Shown here in pieces: positions 1 to 9,179 of a DNA stretch of 35,865 nucleotides; position 1 is the first letter of the stretch, and every line of letters begins with the position of its first letter. The notes beneath the pieces are model-generated. The model saw only the letters and a program-made list of their open reading frames with translations, had not been told where the DNA came from and did no database searches. Position numbers and translations under genes: made by a program. This DNA is from an uncultured Myxococcia bacterium (GTDB lineage: Bacteria > CAZTWC01), in NCBI GenBank assembly GCA_964617105.1, contig CAZTWC010000007.1:1-35865 (forward strand). Direction: 5' to 3'.

Positions 1-1
1 C

Positions 2-256
2 ACTGATACTCTGGACCCGGATTCTGCCAAATCAGACCCGCCAATTGTCAATGCTGTTGATGCCAAAATAAAAGAGGGAGGTTTTAAAGACCCCTGTTCG
101 GTTCCCATAACCAGATTATCGGGTAAACTGAGTAGTGAAGATATTGAAGAGGCATCGGGGCTGGCCAGACACAGTAAACTGGAAGACCATTTTTTTATCC
201 ACAACGATTCTGGGGATGGACCCTATATTTATCTGAATAATATTGCCGGTCAACAA
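2..256 (+). CDS. 5'-truncated upstream portion of a secreted beta-propeller-like hypothetical protein (HNDSG family); runs into the gap
   Basis: Frame 2 is open from the window start to the Ns: ...LSSEDIEEASGLARHSKLEDHFFIHNDSGDGPYIY... The EASGL and HNDSGD motifs belong to the same family as the VEDI, LADVGDN and QGEAV motifs in ~407-1036. Not listed in the ORF track. Confidence 0.7.
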
Positions 257-266
257 NNNNNNNNNN
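257..266. other. Scaffold gap (10 N)
   Basis: Run of n characters. Confidence 1.
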
Positions 267-322
267 AGAATCCTTTACAATAACCATTGAAACAATAAAG
301 CAGATTATACTCATCTTAATTT

Positions 323-1036
323 ATGCCTATAAAAACTATTTTTCTTGATCGTGATGGAGTTATAAATAAAGAAATAAACTATCTATATAAGATAGATGAT
401 TTTGAGCCCGATGATGTAGAAGATATAACCACCCTGCCTTGCCCTGACCAGGTAGATACAACCTGTCTGGCTTTGGCCGATGTGGGAGACAATAAGAAAA
501 AGCGCAAATCCTATGCCATTATCATTGTTAAAGAACCGCAACCGCCATTTCAGGATAGCACCCTGAAAATTGTGAAAAAGATTAAATTTACCTACCCTTT
601 TGGGCCCAGAAATTGTGAAACCATATTTTATAGCCAGAGCGATAAGAAGATAATCGGGGTCACCAAAACCAAACGGGGAGAATCGGGCAAGGTCTATAGC
701 CTCGATCCAAAACTATTGGACCAACAGGCAAAAGTTATCAGCAATTTTCCCCTGGATAGTATGAGTTTTCGGGATGGAATTGTCACTGGAGGAGCCATCA
801 ACTCTTCATCTCTGGTGGCTTTGCGTCTATATCAATACCTTGAGATTTTCAGATGGCAGGGGATAGAGAAAGGGGGATTGAAATATCTATTTCGTTTTAA
901 ACACTCTTTGGAAAAACAGGGAGAGGCGGTAGAGTTCTCTGCTGACGGAAAAAAATTATTGACCATCTCTGAGGGTAATAACCCCCATTTTTTTAGGGTT
1001 GAGTTAGATAAGGCGGTTGACTGTCTATTTCATTGA
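323..1036 (+). CDS. Chimeric ORF: ~28 aa GmhB-like N-terminus joined to the C-terminal part of the beta-propeller-like protein
   Basis: MPIKTIFLDRDGVINKEINYLYKIDDFE is HAD motif I of GmhB/HisB-N. The rest (DDVEDI, LALADVGDN, NCETI, VTGGAI, QGEAVEFSADG) has no other HAD motifs and continues the family seen at 2-256. Confidence 0.65.
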   Translation: MPIKTIFLDRDGVINKEINYLYKIDDFEPDDVEDITTLPCPDQVDTTCLALADVGDNKKKRKSYAIIIVKEPQPPFQDSTLKIVKKIKFTYPFGPRNCETIFYSQSDKKIIGVTKTKRGESGKVYSLDPKLLDQQAKVISNFPLDSMSFRDGIVTGGAINSSSLVALRLYQYLEIFRWQGIEKGGLKYLFRFKHSLEKQGEAVEFSADGKKLLTISEGNNPHFFRVELDKAVDCLFH

Positions 1037-1063
1037 AATCAAGGACAGATGTAACGGATAATT

Positions 1064-2938
1064 TTATAGTTTCAGGCTGAAGTCTTCCCTTTCCAGAGTC
1101 AAGTTGCGATTGTAATAGGGGTCCTGGTCCAAATGTTGCCATTTGGCCTGAATATAATCTATTTCTCCTTTGAACCGGATCTGTTTTTCAGGGGAATCTT
1201 CATAGCCCCGGGTTTTTGACTCATGATGGTACAACTCCACATAGGGAGACCAGACTATTAAATATCCCCGCTCTCGTATTTTTAAGCATAAATCCACATC
1301 ATTAAAACTGACCGGCAGGTTGGTATCAAAACCACCTATTTCATTAAAAACCTCTTTCCTGATCATCAGGCAGGCGCCAGTAACCGCAGACAGGTTTTGA
1401 ATTACCTGGAGTCGGCTCATATACCCGTAGGCTCCGCGGCGAAAATGCTTGTGGGAGTGACCAGCCACTCCGCCGATGCCTAAAATAACCCCGGCGTGCT
1501 GAATAGTATTATCCGGATAATAGAGTTTTGCCCCCACTGCTCCCACCTCTTTTCTGACTACATGCTCCGCCATTCTTTCTAACCAATCGGGGTTGATAAT
1601 CTCCATATCATTATTGAGCAAAAGGATGATATCGCCCTGGGCATGTTTTACCCCAAAGTTATTGATGGCCGAATAATTAAAGGGCTTGTTCCAGGTAATT
1701 ACCCGAATATTATCTTGTTTTGAGATCTTTTTGTAGTATTTAAAGGTTCGATTTTGTTGGGAATTGTTTTCAATAATGATAATTTCATAATTCTTGTACA
1801 GGGTTTTGGCCAATAGAGTATTCAGGCAGATTTTTAGAGTATTTCTCTGGTCTTTGTTAGGGATAATAATGGAGATCTTTGGCGGCATTGCAATATTAAA
1901 ATTGACCTGGTAGGAACTTATAAACTTGCCATCCTTAACTTGACCCTTAAGTCCCAGGCGATAAAGATGCTCTTTTAGGGCTTTTTTAGCCGTAGTATAG
2001 GCATACATTTTTGAGCCGGGATTGGCAGCAGTGGAGGTGCTGGAAATACGCCAATGGTAGAGTATTTTGGGGATATGAACAATTTTCTGGGCCTGTTCCG
2101 TGGCTCTCAAAATAAGATCATAATCCTGGCTGCCGTCAAATCCATCTCTAAACCCGCCTAACTGATCCAGCAATTTTTTGCTAAATACCGATAAGTGGCA
2201 GATATAGTTGTAACTTCTTAAAGTATCTGGGCTCCAGTCTGGTTTGAAATGTGGTTGCGACCTCTGTTTTCCATTTTCCGATATTTTATCTTCATCAGAA
2301 TAGAAGAAATCGGCGGAACGATTCTGATTAATTGCCCTGGCAACTTCAAAGAGGGCAAAAGGAGCCAGGGTGTCGTCATGATCCAAAAGTGCTATAAAAT
2401 CACCAGTGGCCAGCGAAATTGCAGCGTTTGAATTACCAACTATCCCTTGATTTTTCGTGAGAAATATGACTTTAATTCGCGGGTCTTGTTTTTGATATTG
2501 GCTTAGTAGTGGTTTTATATGAGGGGGGGATTGGCTGCTTCCGCCATCGGCAATACACAACTCCCAATTAGAGTAGGTCTGGGCCAAAACCGATTCTACC
2601 ATTTCTAAAAGAAATGGCTTTGGGGTATTAAAAATCGGCACTATAATGCTGATTTTAGGATTATAGTCAAAAGTTGAGTTTTGCTGTTGGGTCAAAATAT
2701 CTTTACAGGGTTCATTTTGAGCAATAAAGGCGGCATAGGAATTGTCATATTGAACCCCATCCATTGCAATAGGCCCGGAATCATTTAAAACACCGCGTAA
2801 TTTTTCTAGAAATCTGGCCGGGCCATATATTTTTAATATACAAAAGGCCCGGCGTAAATTGCCAATAGATGAGTGTCTGGCTAAGTTTTGGGCTATGCGA
2901 ATGTATTTTCGTCCAACTGAATTTAGGGATTTAATCAT
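1064..2938 (-). CDS. Two-domain family 2 glycosyltransferase (O-antigen/rhamnan synthesis type)
   Basis: Two GT-A modules (KISIIVPIFNT...LLDHDD...GSQDYDL and KISIIIPNKD...LLNND...FNDVDLCL...HHESKTRG); directly downstream of the rml genes. Confidence 0.92.
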   Translation of the reverse strand: MIKSLNSVGRKYIRIAQNLARHSSIGNLRRAFCILKIYGPARFLEKLRGVLNDSGPIAMDGVQYDNSYAAFIAQNEPCKDILTQQQNSTFDYNPKISIIVPIFNTPKPFLLEMVESVLAQTYSNWELCIADGGSSQSPPHIKPLLSQYQKQDPRIKVIFLTKNQGIVGNSNAAISLATGDFIALLDHDDTLAPFALFEVARAINQNRSADFFYSDEDKISENGKQRSQPHFKPDWSPDTLRSYNYICHLSVFSKKLLDQLGGFRDGFDGSQDYDLILRATEQAQKIVHIPKILYHWRISSTSTAANPGSKMYAYTTAKKALKEHLYRLGLKGQVKDGKFISSYQVNFNIAMPPKISIIIPNKDQRNTLKICLNTLLAKTLYKNYEIIIIENNSQQNRTFKYYKKISKQDNIRVITWNKPFNYSAINNFGVKHAQGDIILLLNNDMEIINPDWLERMAEHVVRKEVGAVGAKLYYPDNTIQHAGVILGIGGVAGHSHKHFRRGAYGYMSRLQVIQNLSAVTGACLMIRKEVFNEIGGFDTNLPVSFNDVDLCLKIRERGYLIVWSPYVELYHHESKTRGYEDSPEKQIRFKGEIDYIQAKWQHLDQDPYYNRNLTLEREDFSLKL

Positions 2939-2955
2939 CTGATCACGGGTTATAG

Positions 2956-4107
2956 TTATCGTTGGTTATAATTATTTTCTATCCACTGTTTATACTCTCC
3001 ACTGACAATATTTTGTACCCATTTGAGGTGATCCAGATACCAGAGGATAGTCTGTTCCAGTCCATCTTCGAACCCATAGATCTGTTCCCATCCCAATAAA
3101 GATTTTATCTTGTGGCAGTTAACTGAATATCTCCGGTCGTGACCTGGGCGATCCTTAACAAAAGTGATAAGTTGACAATAGTTATCTATGGGGTTAGGCG
3201 CTCCTTTTAGGGTATCATTTTTTTGGGTGGGATAAATTTTGTCCAAAATTCGGCAGATTTTTTTGATTATCTCCAGGTTTTTCAACTCATTGTCACCGCC
3301 GATATTATAGGTTTCTCCTGGGCAACCCCGGGATAAAATAAGTTCGATGGCCCGGCAATGATCCTCTACGTGAAGCCAATCTCTAACATGGAGGCCGTCA
3401 CCATACACAGGCAAAGATTTACCCTCCAGGGCATTTAGGATCATCAGCGGTATCAATTTTTCCGGAAATTGGCAAGGGCCATAGTTGTTTGAGCAATTGG
3501 ATATGGATATGGGCAGGTTATAGGTATGATAATAGGCGCGCACCAGATGGTCTGATGAGGCTTTGGACGCAGAATAGGGGCTCCGCGGTTGGTAGGGGGT
3601 GTTTTCGTAAAAAGAGCCGGTTTCACCCAGGGAGCCATATACTTCATCCGTGCTTATGTGATGGAATCTAACCGATTTTTGGTCAGCCCAAAAATTTCTG
3701 GCCGATTCAAGCAGATTAAAGGTGCCATTTATATTGGTATCGATAAAATCTTTAGGCCCAAAGATTGAGCGGTCCACATGAGTTTCAGCCGCAAAATGGA
3801 CGACAGCGTTTAACTTATACTTTTCAAAGGCCGAGGAGATGACCTGGTAGTCGCAGATATCACCCTGGATAAAAAAATATTTTTTCCCACCAAATTTTGT
3901 CTCTACTTCAGCCAGATTTTCCAGGTTGCCGGCATAAGTTAAGTTGTCGATATTGATAATGTTTCCGCTAAAATCGGTTTGGTTTAACATATAGTTGATA
4001 AAATTTGAACCGATAAAGCCAGCGCCTCCAGTGACCAGGATATTGGCTTTTTTCAGGTCAAATGCATCATTATCACCTGGTTTGTTGCTTAAATTATGGT
4101 TAGTCAA
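2956..4107 (-). CDS. rfbB: dTDP-glucose 4,6-dehydratase
   Basis: ILVTGGAGFIGSN, HFAAETHVDRSI, HISTDEVYG, SPYSASK and DRPGHDRRY motifs. Confidence 0.97.
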   Translation of the reverse strand: MTNHNLSNKPGDNDAFDLKKANILVTGGAGFIGSNFINYMLNQTDFSGNIINIDNLTYAGNLENLAEVETKFGGKKYFFIQGDICDYQVISSAFEKYKLNAVVHFAAETHVDRSIFGPKDFIDTNINGTFNLLESARNFWADQKSVRFHHISTDEVYGSLGETGSFYENTPYQPRSPYSASKASSDHLVRAYYHTYNLPISISNCSNNYGPCQFPEKLIPLMILNALEGKSLPVYGDGLHVRDWLHVEDHCRAIELILSRGCPGETYNIGGDNELKNLEIIKKICRILDKIYPTQKNDTLKGAPNPIDNYCQLITFVKDRPGHDRRYSVNCHKIKSLLGWEQIYGFEDGLEQTILWYLDHLKWVQNIVSGEYKQWIENNYNQR

Positions 4108-4117
4108 AGTCGCACCT

Positions 4118-4978
4118 CTATCTTTTGTTGAACTGGGTTGAGTTTTTTAAATACTGTTCAACCGCCTCCTCCCAGGAAGGAATATCAATATTTAGTTGAA
4201 GGGCTATGGCTTTATTGCTCATGGCGGAAAAGAGCGGCCGCTTAACTGGTAGGTTAAATGAGGTTATGGAAACCGGCCGGATAAATTTGGGGATCTCAAG
4301 AGTAGCCATAACCTGCAGGGCCCACTGATAGCGGGAACAAAAACCCTGGTTGGTCAGGTGATAAAGCCCGGTTAAATTTTGATCCAGGGCTTTTAGTACC
4401 ACCTCCACCACAGTTTCGGTATAGGTGGGGACGGAAAATTCATCGCAGGAAATTTTTAAAAAGCGATTATTCTGAGCCCAGGTAAAGAGTTTATAGATAA
4501 AATTTTGTTTTCCCTCCCCAAATACCCAACTCAATCTAAAAATAAGGTAATTGTCGGTCTCCTCCTGAACCCATCTCTCACCCATCAGTTTACTGCGGCC
4601 ATATTGATTAAGCGGCTGAGTCTGATCCTCTTCTGAATATAAACCATCCTCTTTTTGGCCGTCAAAGATATAATCGCTGCCAAAATGGACCAGTTTGGCG
4701 TTATATTTTTGGGCAGCCCAGGCCAGCAATTTTGGCCCCAGTCCATTAACTTTAAAAGCATTGCCATAATCTTGCTCAGCCTGCTCAACCAGGTTATAAG
4801 CGGCACAATTGATGATCACTTCTGGCCGGTAGGAGTCCACCACTGACATTATTTTATTGGAATCAGTTATTTCAAACACATCTTCATCTGGCGCCAGAAA
4901 ATCGATAGAATCCTGCTGCAGTCTTTTAATAAAAGCCCTGGCTAACTGGCCCTGTTTACCAGCGATTAATATTTTCAA
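4118..4978 (-). CDS. rfbD: dTDP-4-dehydrorhamnose reductase (start revised to TTG at 4978)
   Basis: KILIAGKQGQLA, INCAAYN, SDYIFDG, YGRSK, RPLFSAM. A GAGG Shine-Dalgarno lies 8 nt before TTG 4978; the longer ORF-track start overlaps rmlC. Confidence 0.93.
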   Translation of the reverse strand: MKILIAGKQGQLARAFIKRLQQDSIDFLAPDEDVFEITDSNKIMSVVDSYRPEVIINCAAYNLVEQAEQDYGNAFKVNGLGPKLLAWAAQKYNAKLVHFGSDYIFDGQKEDGLYSEEDQTQPLNQYGRSKLMGERWVQEETDNYLIFRLSWVFGEGKQNFIYKLFTWAQNNRFLKISCDEFSVPTYTETVVEVVLKALDQNLTGLYHLTNQGFCSRYQWALQVMATLEIPKFIRPVSITSFNLPVKRPLFSAMSNKAIALQLNIDIPSWEEAVEQYLKNSTQFNKR

Positions 4979-4988
4979 TTTTATTACC

Positions 4989-5558
4989 TCAAATTTTATC
5001 AGACAAAAAATTAAAATTATACTCTGCTTCCCGCAACTGGGGAAGATGAGTATCTCGCTCCGAAACCAGCGGGTCACTAGCCGGCCAGTCTATGGCCAAC
5101 TGGGGATCATTCCATAAGATCCCCTTTTCATGTTCTGGTGAGTATTCCTGGTCGCATTTATACATTATCTCTGCATAGTCGCTAACCACTAAAAATCCAT
5201 GGGCAAATCCTGCCGGCACATATAGCATCCGTTTATTTTCATCGGATAACTCTTCTCCCACCCATTGACCAAAGAAAGGTGAGCCTTTTCTTATATCCAC
5301 AGCCACGTCAAATATAACTCCTTTGATGCAACGGATAAGTTTGCTCTGGGCGTAAGGTTCTATCTGATAATGCAGCCCTCTTAAAACCCCTCTTTTAGAA
5401 CGGGAGCAGTTATCCTGGATGAACTGATTCTTTATCCCCGCCGCTTCAAAATCACTTTGTTTATAGGTTTCCATAAAGAAGCCACGTAGGTCGCCAAAAA
5501 TTTTTGGCTCTATCATAATTAGACTGTTCACTTTGAGATGTTTAAATTTAAATGGCAT
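4989..5558 (-). CDS. rfbC: dTDP-4-dehydrorhamnose 3,5-epimerase
   Basis: DLRGFFMET, GVLRGLHYQ, DVAVDIRKGSP, GFAHGF. Confidence 0.97.
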   Translation of the reverse strand: MPFKFKHLKVNSLIMIEPKIFGDLRGFFMETYKQSDFEAAGIKNQFIQDNCSRSKRGVLRGLHYQIEPYAQSKLIRCIKGVIFDVAVDIRKGSPFFGQWVGEELSDENKRMLYVPAGFAHGFLVVSDYAEIMYKCDQEYSPEHEKGILWNDPQLAIDWPASDPLVSERDTHLPQLREAEYNFNFLSDKI

Positions 5559-5627
5559 TAATGTGACTCCTGAAAAACTGAAATGTCTCTAAATCATAAG
5601 GCCGGAATATTTCCTCAATAACCCGTT

Positions 5628-6497
5628 TCATTTAAGCAATGAAGATAAATATTGACCATATTCGTTTTTATACTCCTGGCACAACTGCTGTAAATTTTTT
5701 GGAGATATATAACCGAATTTATAGGCTATCTCCTCTATGCAGGCTATCTTTAGCCCTTGTCTCTCTTCGATGGCGCCGATAAAATCGCTGGCCGCCAACA
5801 GGCTCTCCGGAGTCCCGGTATCCAGCCAGGCGTAGCCCCGACCTAACAATTTTACTTTTAACTGTTTCATGTTCAAATAGGTATTGTTTACATCGGTTAT
5901 CTCCAATTCTCCCCGCCAGGAGGGTTTGATCTTTTTGGCGATCTCCACCACCCGGTTATCGTAGAAATAGAGGCCGGTGACTGCATAATTGGACTTGGGC
6001 TGGCTGGGTTTTTCTTCAATGGAGAGCACATTTTGCTGTTGATCCAACTCAATAATTCCGTATCGCTGCGGGTCTTTTACGTAATAACCAAAAACCGATG
6101 CTCCGCCTTGCTGGTCAATATCCTTTACCGTCCGCTGCAGCAGATCGGTCAATCCATGGCCATAAAATATATTATCTCCCAGAATAAGACAGACATTGCT
6201 TTTTCCCACAAACTTGGCGCCTAAAATAAAAGCCTCGGCCAGACCGTTGGGCGCCAATTGTTCCTGATAGGAAAACTGCAAACCCAACTGTTCTCCATTA
6301 CCCAATAGGGTTTTAAACCTGGGTAAATCTTCTGGAGTCGATATAATTAATATTTCTTTTATCCCCGCCAGCATCAATACCGAAAGAGGATAATAGATCA
6401 TAGGTTTGTCGTATATGGGCAATAACTGTTTACAGACAGAGCGGGTTATTGGATATAACCGGGTGCCACTGCCTCCCGCTAAAATAATACCTTTAAT
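5628..6497 (-). CDS. rfbA: Glucose-1-phosphate thymidylyltransferase, 289 aa, probable ATT start
   Basis: In-frame extension upstream of the tracked ORF gives (I/M)[37 protein letters not shown]; also [18 protein letters not shown]. Confidence 0.95.
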   Translation of the reverse strand: MKGIILAGGSGTRLYPITRSVCKQLLPIYDKPMIYYPLSVLMLAGIKEILIISTPEDLPRFKTLLGNGEQLGLQFSYQEQLAPNGLAEAFILGAKFVGKSNVCLILGDNIFYGHGLTDLLQRTVKDIDQQGGASVFGYYVKDPQRYGIIELDQQQNVLSIEEKPSQPKSNYAVTGLYFYDNRVVEIAKKIKPSWRGELEITDVNNTYLNMKQLKVKLLGRGYAWLDTGTPESLLAASDFIGAIEERQGLKIACIEEIAYKFGYISPKNLQQLCQEYKNEYGQYLSSLLK

Positions 6498-6525
6498 TTT
6501 GAACCTCCCAATTTCCGCATATTTT

Positions 6526-9087
6526 TTAGTTGCTTAATCTCAGTGAGTCTATAAAACTCAAGTTTAATAAATGGGTTTTAAATTCCCGGTCGATAAATTT
6601 TGAATAATCCTGTTTGGCTCCACCTGTGATAGATTGCTCCTGGTCATTATGATCCAGGATATGTTTAATGAATAATTTTTTTGAGGCCAGAGGCTGATAA
6701 TTATCCAATTCAAATAAGAGTTTATATTTACCATTGAACAGGGAAAATTTAAAGGGATCATGGACTCCACACACTGCATTGGTAAGAGCATACGATGACA
6801 GACCCGGTTCTATTGGTAAAATAGATTTCCCGTGAAGCCTGGACATTATATCATTATTATAGGTGCCAATATAGTCTAAAATGGTGGGCATTATATCTAC
6901 ATGTGAAATCGGTATTTTTAACTCTTTCGGACCGAGTTTTGGTAATTTGAAGAAAAGTGCAACTCTGATTTGTTCATTAAACAGGGTGGAGGAATGAGCC
7001 AGGTGGCCGTGCTCGAAAAATTCTTCACCGTGATCTCCGGTCACAATAATAATCGAGTCGTCATACCAGCCTTTTTTCTTAATGGCCGCTATAAATTTTC
7101 CAAATAGAGTATCCACATAGTACACTGAGTTTTTATATTTGTTTTTGATCTTTGCTATCTCTTCAGGAGAGTAGTCGATTTTGGTATAATCAATCTCAGT
7201 AATAATAGGTTTAAATTTTAATTTGAAATCCTGGGGGACAAAATAGTTGTGATGTGAACTATCCAGCAAAATAATAAATAAATGGCCATCCTGGTCTGGT
7301 GAGCGGTTAAGTCTTTCCTTAAATTTTTGGAGTACCTGACGGTCAGACTCAGCCGGTCCCAATCCAGTAAAGGGTAAATAATAATCTGCTAATTGTAAAT
7401 TTTCACCAAAGATCAATTGGTTATAACTGAAGTAGGAAAGATCGGGGGAGGGAAAAGCCAAGATCTTATAACCGTTTTTTTTCAAATGAAACAGGGGGGT
7501 ATTGTTTTGCGATCCTTTCTCTTTTCTGATCTGGTTCCAAAATAAAGGATAGATGGAGTGAAATATGGCAAACCAGGAGTGGTGGGTGGCATTAGAATTG
7601 GCAAAAGGATATTTTGAGCTGATATTATTTTCTTTAAAATGAAAAAGATGGGGAGCAATTTTTGGGGTAACAATATCATCACGCAAACTTTCGATAATAA
7701 ACAGGAAAATATTGTTTCTTTTTTTTAAGCCCGGGGCTTTGGCAGGGTGGATATTTTTTGTCTGTTCTTTTGATGCCAAATCTACAGCCGGCCTATTGAT
7801 TTTCAAATCATATATCAACAGAGAATCATCGGGTTTAAATATTTGTATATAAAAGGGAAAAGCATTTTGTTCTTTTTGCCATAGCCTTTGGGCTTTGACT
7901 TTTTTACTTAGTCCCTGCTCTGCTACAATAGCTAAAAATGCGAAGAGAATCAGGATCCACAAATGTTTGGCCCCAATAGTAAAGAGGTAGCGGCGGCAAA
8001 GAGGGAGAGTGTAATGATAAATAAGAGAACCGATTATTGGCAGCGAAAAGATGGTGCCATAATAAAAGTATAATTTTTCCGAAGCAATGCCTGTAGCGGC
8101 AATAGCCCGAAAAAAACTAACTATCCCATCTTGCATCAGAATACTTACCAGGGTTGATATATGTTTTTCCAAATGCACATATAAGAAGGCATCCAGCAAA
8201 TATGCTCCGGCCAGCATCAGCACCAGCCCATGGAGAAAGGAGATTAGTTTTTTACCCATCCAATTATGTGTATAAAGTACCACTATTTGAATCAGTGCGA
8301 TGGCAAAAACCAGGTGCATCACAGCAGAGATGATCAGCAAAATCAAGTAGATAGTAGATAGATGGTTAAAACTATTAAACAAAATATTTTGGGAATAAAT
8401 AACTATTAACCCTGGTAATGACCAGTAAATATAGTTGACCTCTATTTTACCCTGTACCAGAGCGGTGAAGATGGCGGAGAATTTTTCTTTTAATGTTTGG
8501 CGGCTAAAAGAAGACCTTTTTTTGTGAAAAAAGAGGAAAAATATCCCTAAAAATCCAGATAAGGAGATGGCGCAAATTAAAATGATATAGAGAAGATACG
8601 GTGTTTGGTATTTAGCCAGGTTGGGTGACAGTATCAAATATGGATCCTCTCCCTGGGCTACTATGGTTAGGCCCTGATCAACCGATATTTTGGCTATGGA
8701 GTGGAGAGGAATAATCTGTCCCGGGTCAAATTTGAAAGAAAGGGTGCGAAATTTTTTTATCTTAATATTTTTTAATTTTATTGTGCCGGTTGAACCCAGA
8801 GGATCGTAGCGAAGAGTTTTGATGGTCTGGCGAGTGGGTATAACTATCTGATAATGTTGGAATTCCTGAGCAGTATTTTTATTGTATTTGAAATGGACGC
8901 TGTCAGATTCATTAAATCCATGTCCCACATCATAATAAAAAGATCCTTTTTGGTCGCTGCTTTTCAAAGGGGCATCTATCAAAGAGATATCAAACTGCAC
9001 TTCCACATAGGTAGAGGACTTTTGGTATATAAAAGCCAACGTGATAATTATTATCACAGAAATGGCCCAAAAAATGCTTTTAATCAT
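6526..9087 (-). CDS. Multi-pass membrane sulfatase-like (alkaline phosphatase superfamily; YejM/LtaS-like) protein
   Basis: Several hydrophobic segments, then IIESLR, SNATHHS (Thr nucleophile position), [14 protein letters not shown] and SHVDIMPT; adjacent to the polysaccharide genes. Confidence 0.8.
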   Translation of the reverse strand: MIKSIFWAISVIIIITLAFIYQKSSTYVEVQFDISLIDAPLKSSDQKGSFYYDVGHGFNESDSVHFKYNKNTAQEFQHYQIVIPTRQTIKTLRYDPLGSTGTIKLKNIKIKKFRTLSFKFDPGQIIPLHSIAKISVDQGLTIVAQGEDPYLILSPNLAKYQTPYLLYIILICAISLSGFLGIFFLFFHKKRSSFSRQTLKEKFSAIFTALVQGKIEVNYIYWSLPGLIVIYSQNILFNSFNHLSTIYLILLIISAVMHLVFAIALIQIVVLYTHNWMGKKLISFLHGLVLMLAGAYLLDAFLYVHLEKHISTLVSILMQDGIVSFFRAIAATGIASEKLYFYYGTIFSLPIIGSLIYHYTLPLCRRYLFTIGAKHLWILILFAFLAIVAEQGLSKKVKAQRLWQKEQNAFPFYIQIFKPDDSLLIYDLKINRPAVDLASKEQTKNIHPAKAPGLKKRNNIFLFIIESLRDDIVTPKIAPHLFHFKENNISSKYPFANSNATHHSWFAIFHSIYPLFWNQIRKEKGSQNNTPLFHLKKNGYKILAFPSPDLSYFSYNQLIFGENLQLADYYLPFTGLGPAESDRQVLQKFKERLNRSPDQDGHLFIILLDSSHHNYFVPQDFKLKFKPIITEIDYTKIDYSPEEIAKIKNKYKNSVYYVDTLFGKFIAAIKKKGWYDDSIIIVTGDHGEEFFEHGHLAHSSTLFNEQIRVALFFKLPKLGPKELKIPISHVDIMPTILDYIGTYNNDIMSRLHGKSILPIEPGLSSYALTNAVCGVHDPFKFSLFNGKYKLLFELDNYQPLASKKLFIKHILDHNDQEQSITGGAKQDYSKFIDREFKTHLLNLSFIDSLRLSN

Positions 9088-9179
9088 CTTTCCACTTAAG
9101 ATTTTACCAGATTAACTCATCAGGGCTCACTCAAAAATAACTTCCCATTTTCGAGCCCAAAGGGCTGGACCCCATGAAG

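Noticed and set aside
323-1036. Calling this ORF gmhB
   Set aside because: Only ~28 aa resemble GmhB; the other HAD motifs and the zinc-site Cys pairs are absent.
4979-5077. N-terminal extension of rmlD
   Set aside because: It overlaps rmlC, and a better SD plus TTG exists at 4978.
9123-9166. Short agccc/gggct hairpin after dnaE as a terminator
   Set aside because: 5-bp stem with no U-tract on the coding strand.
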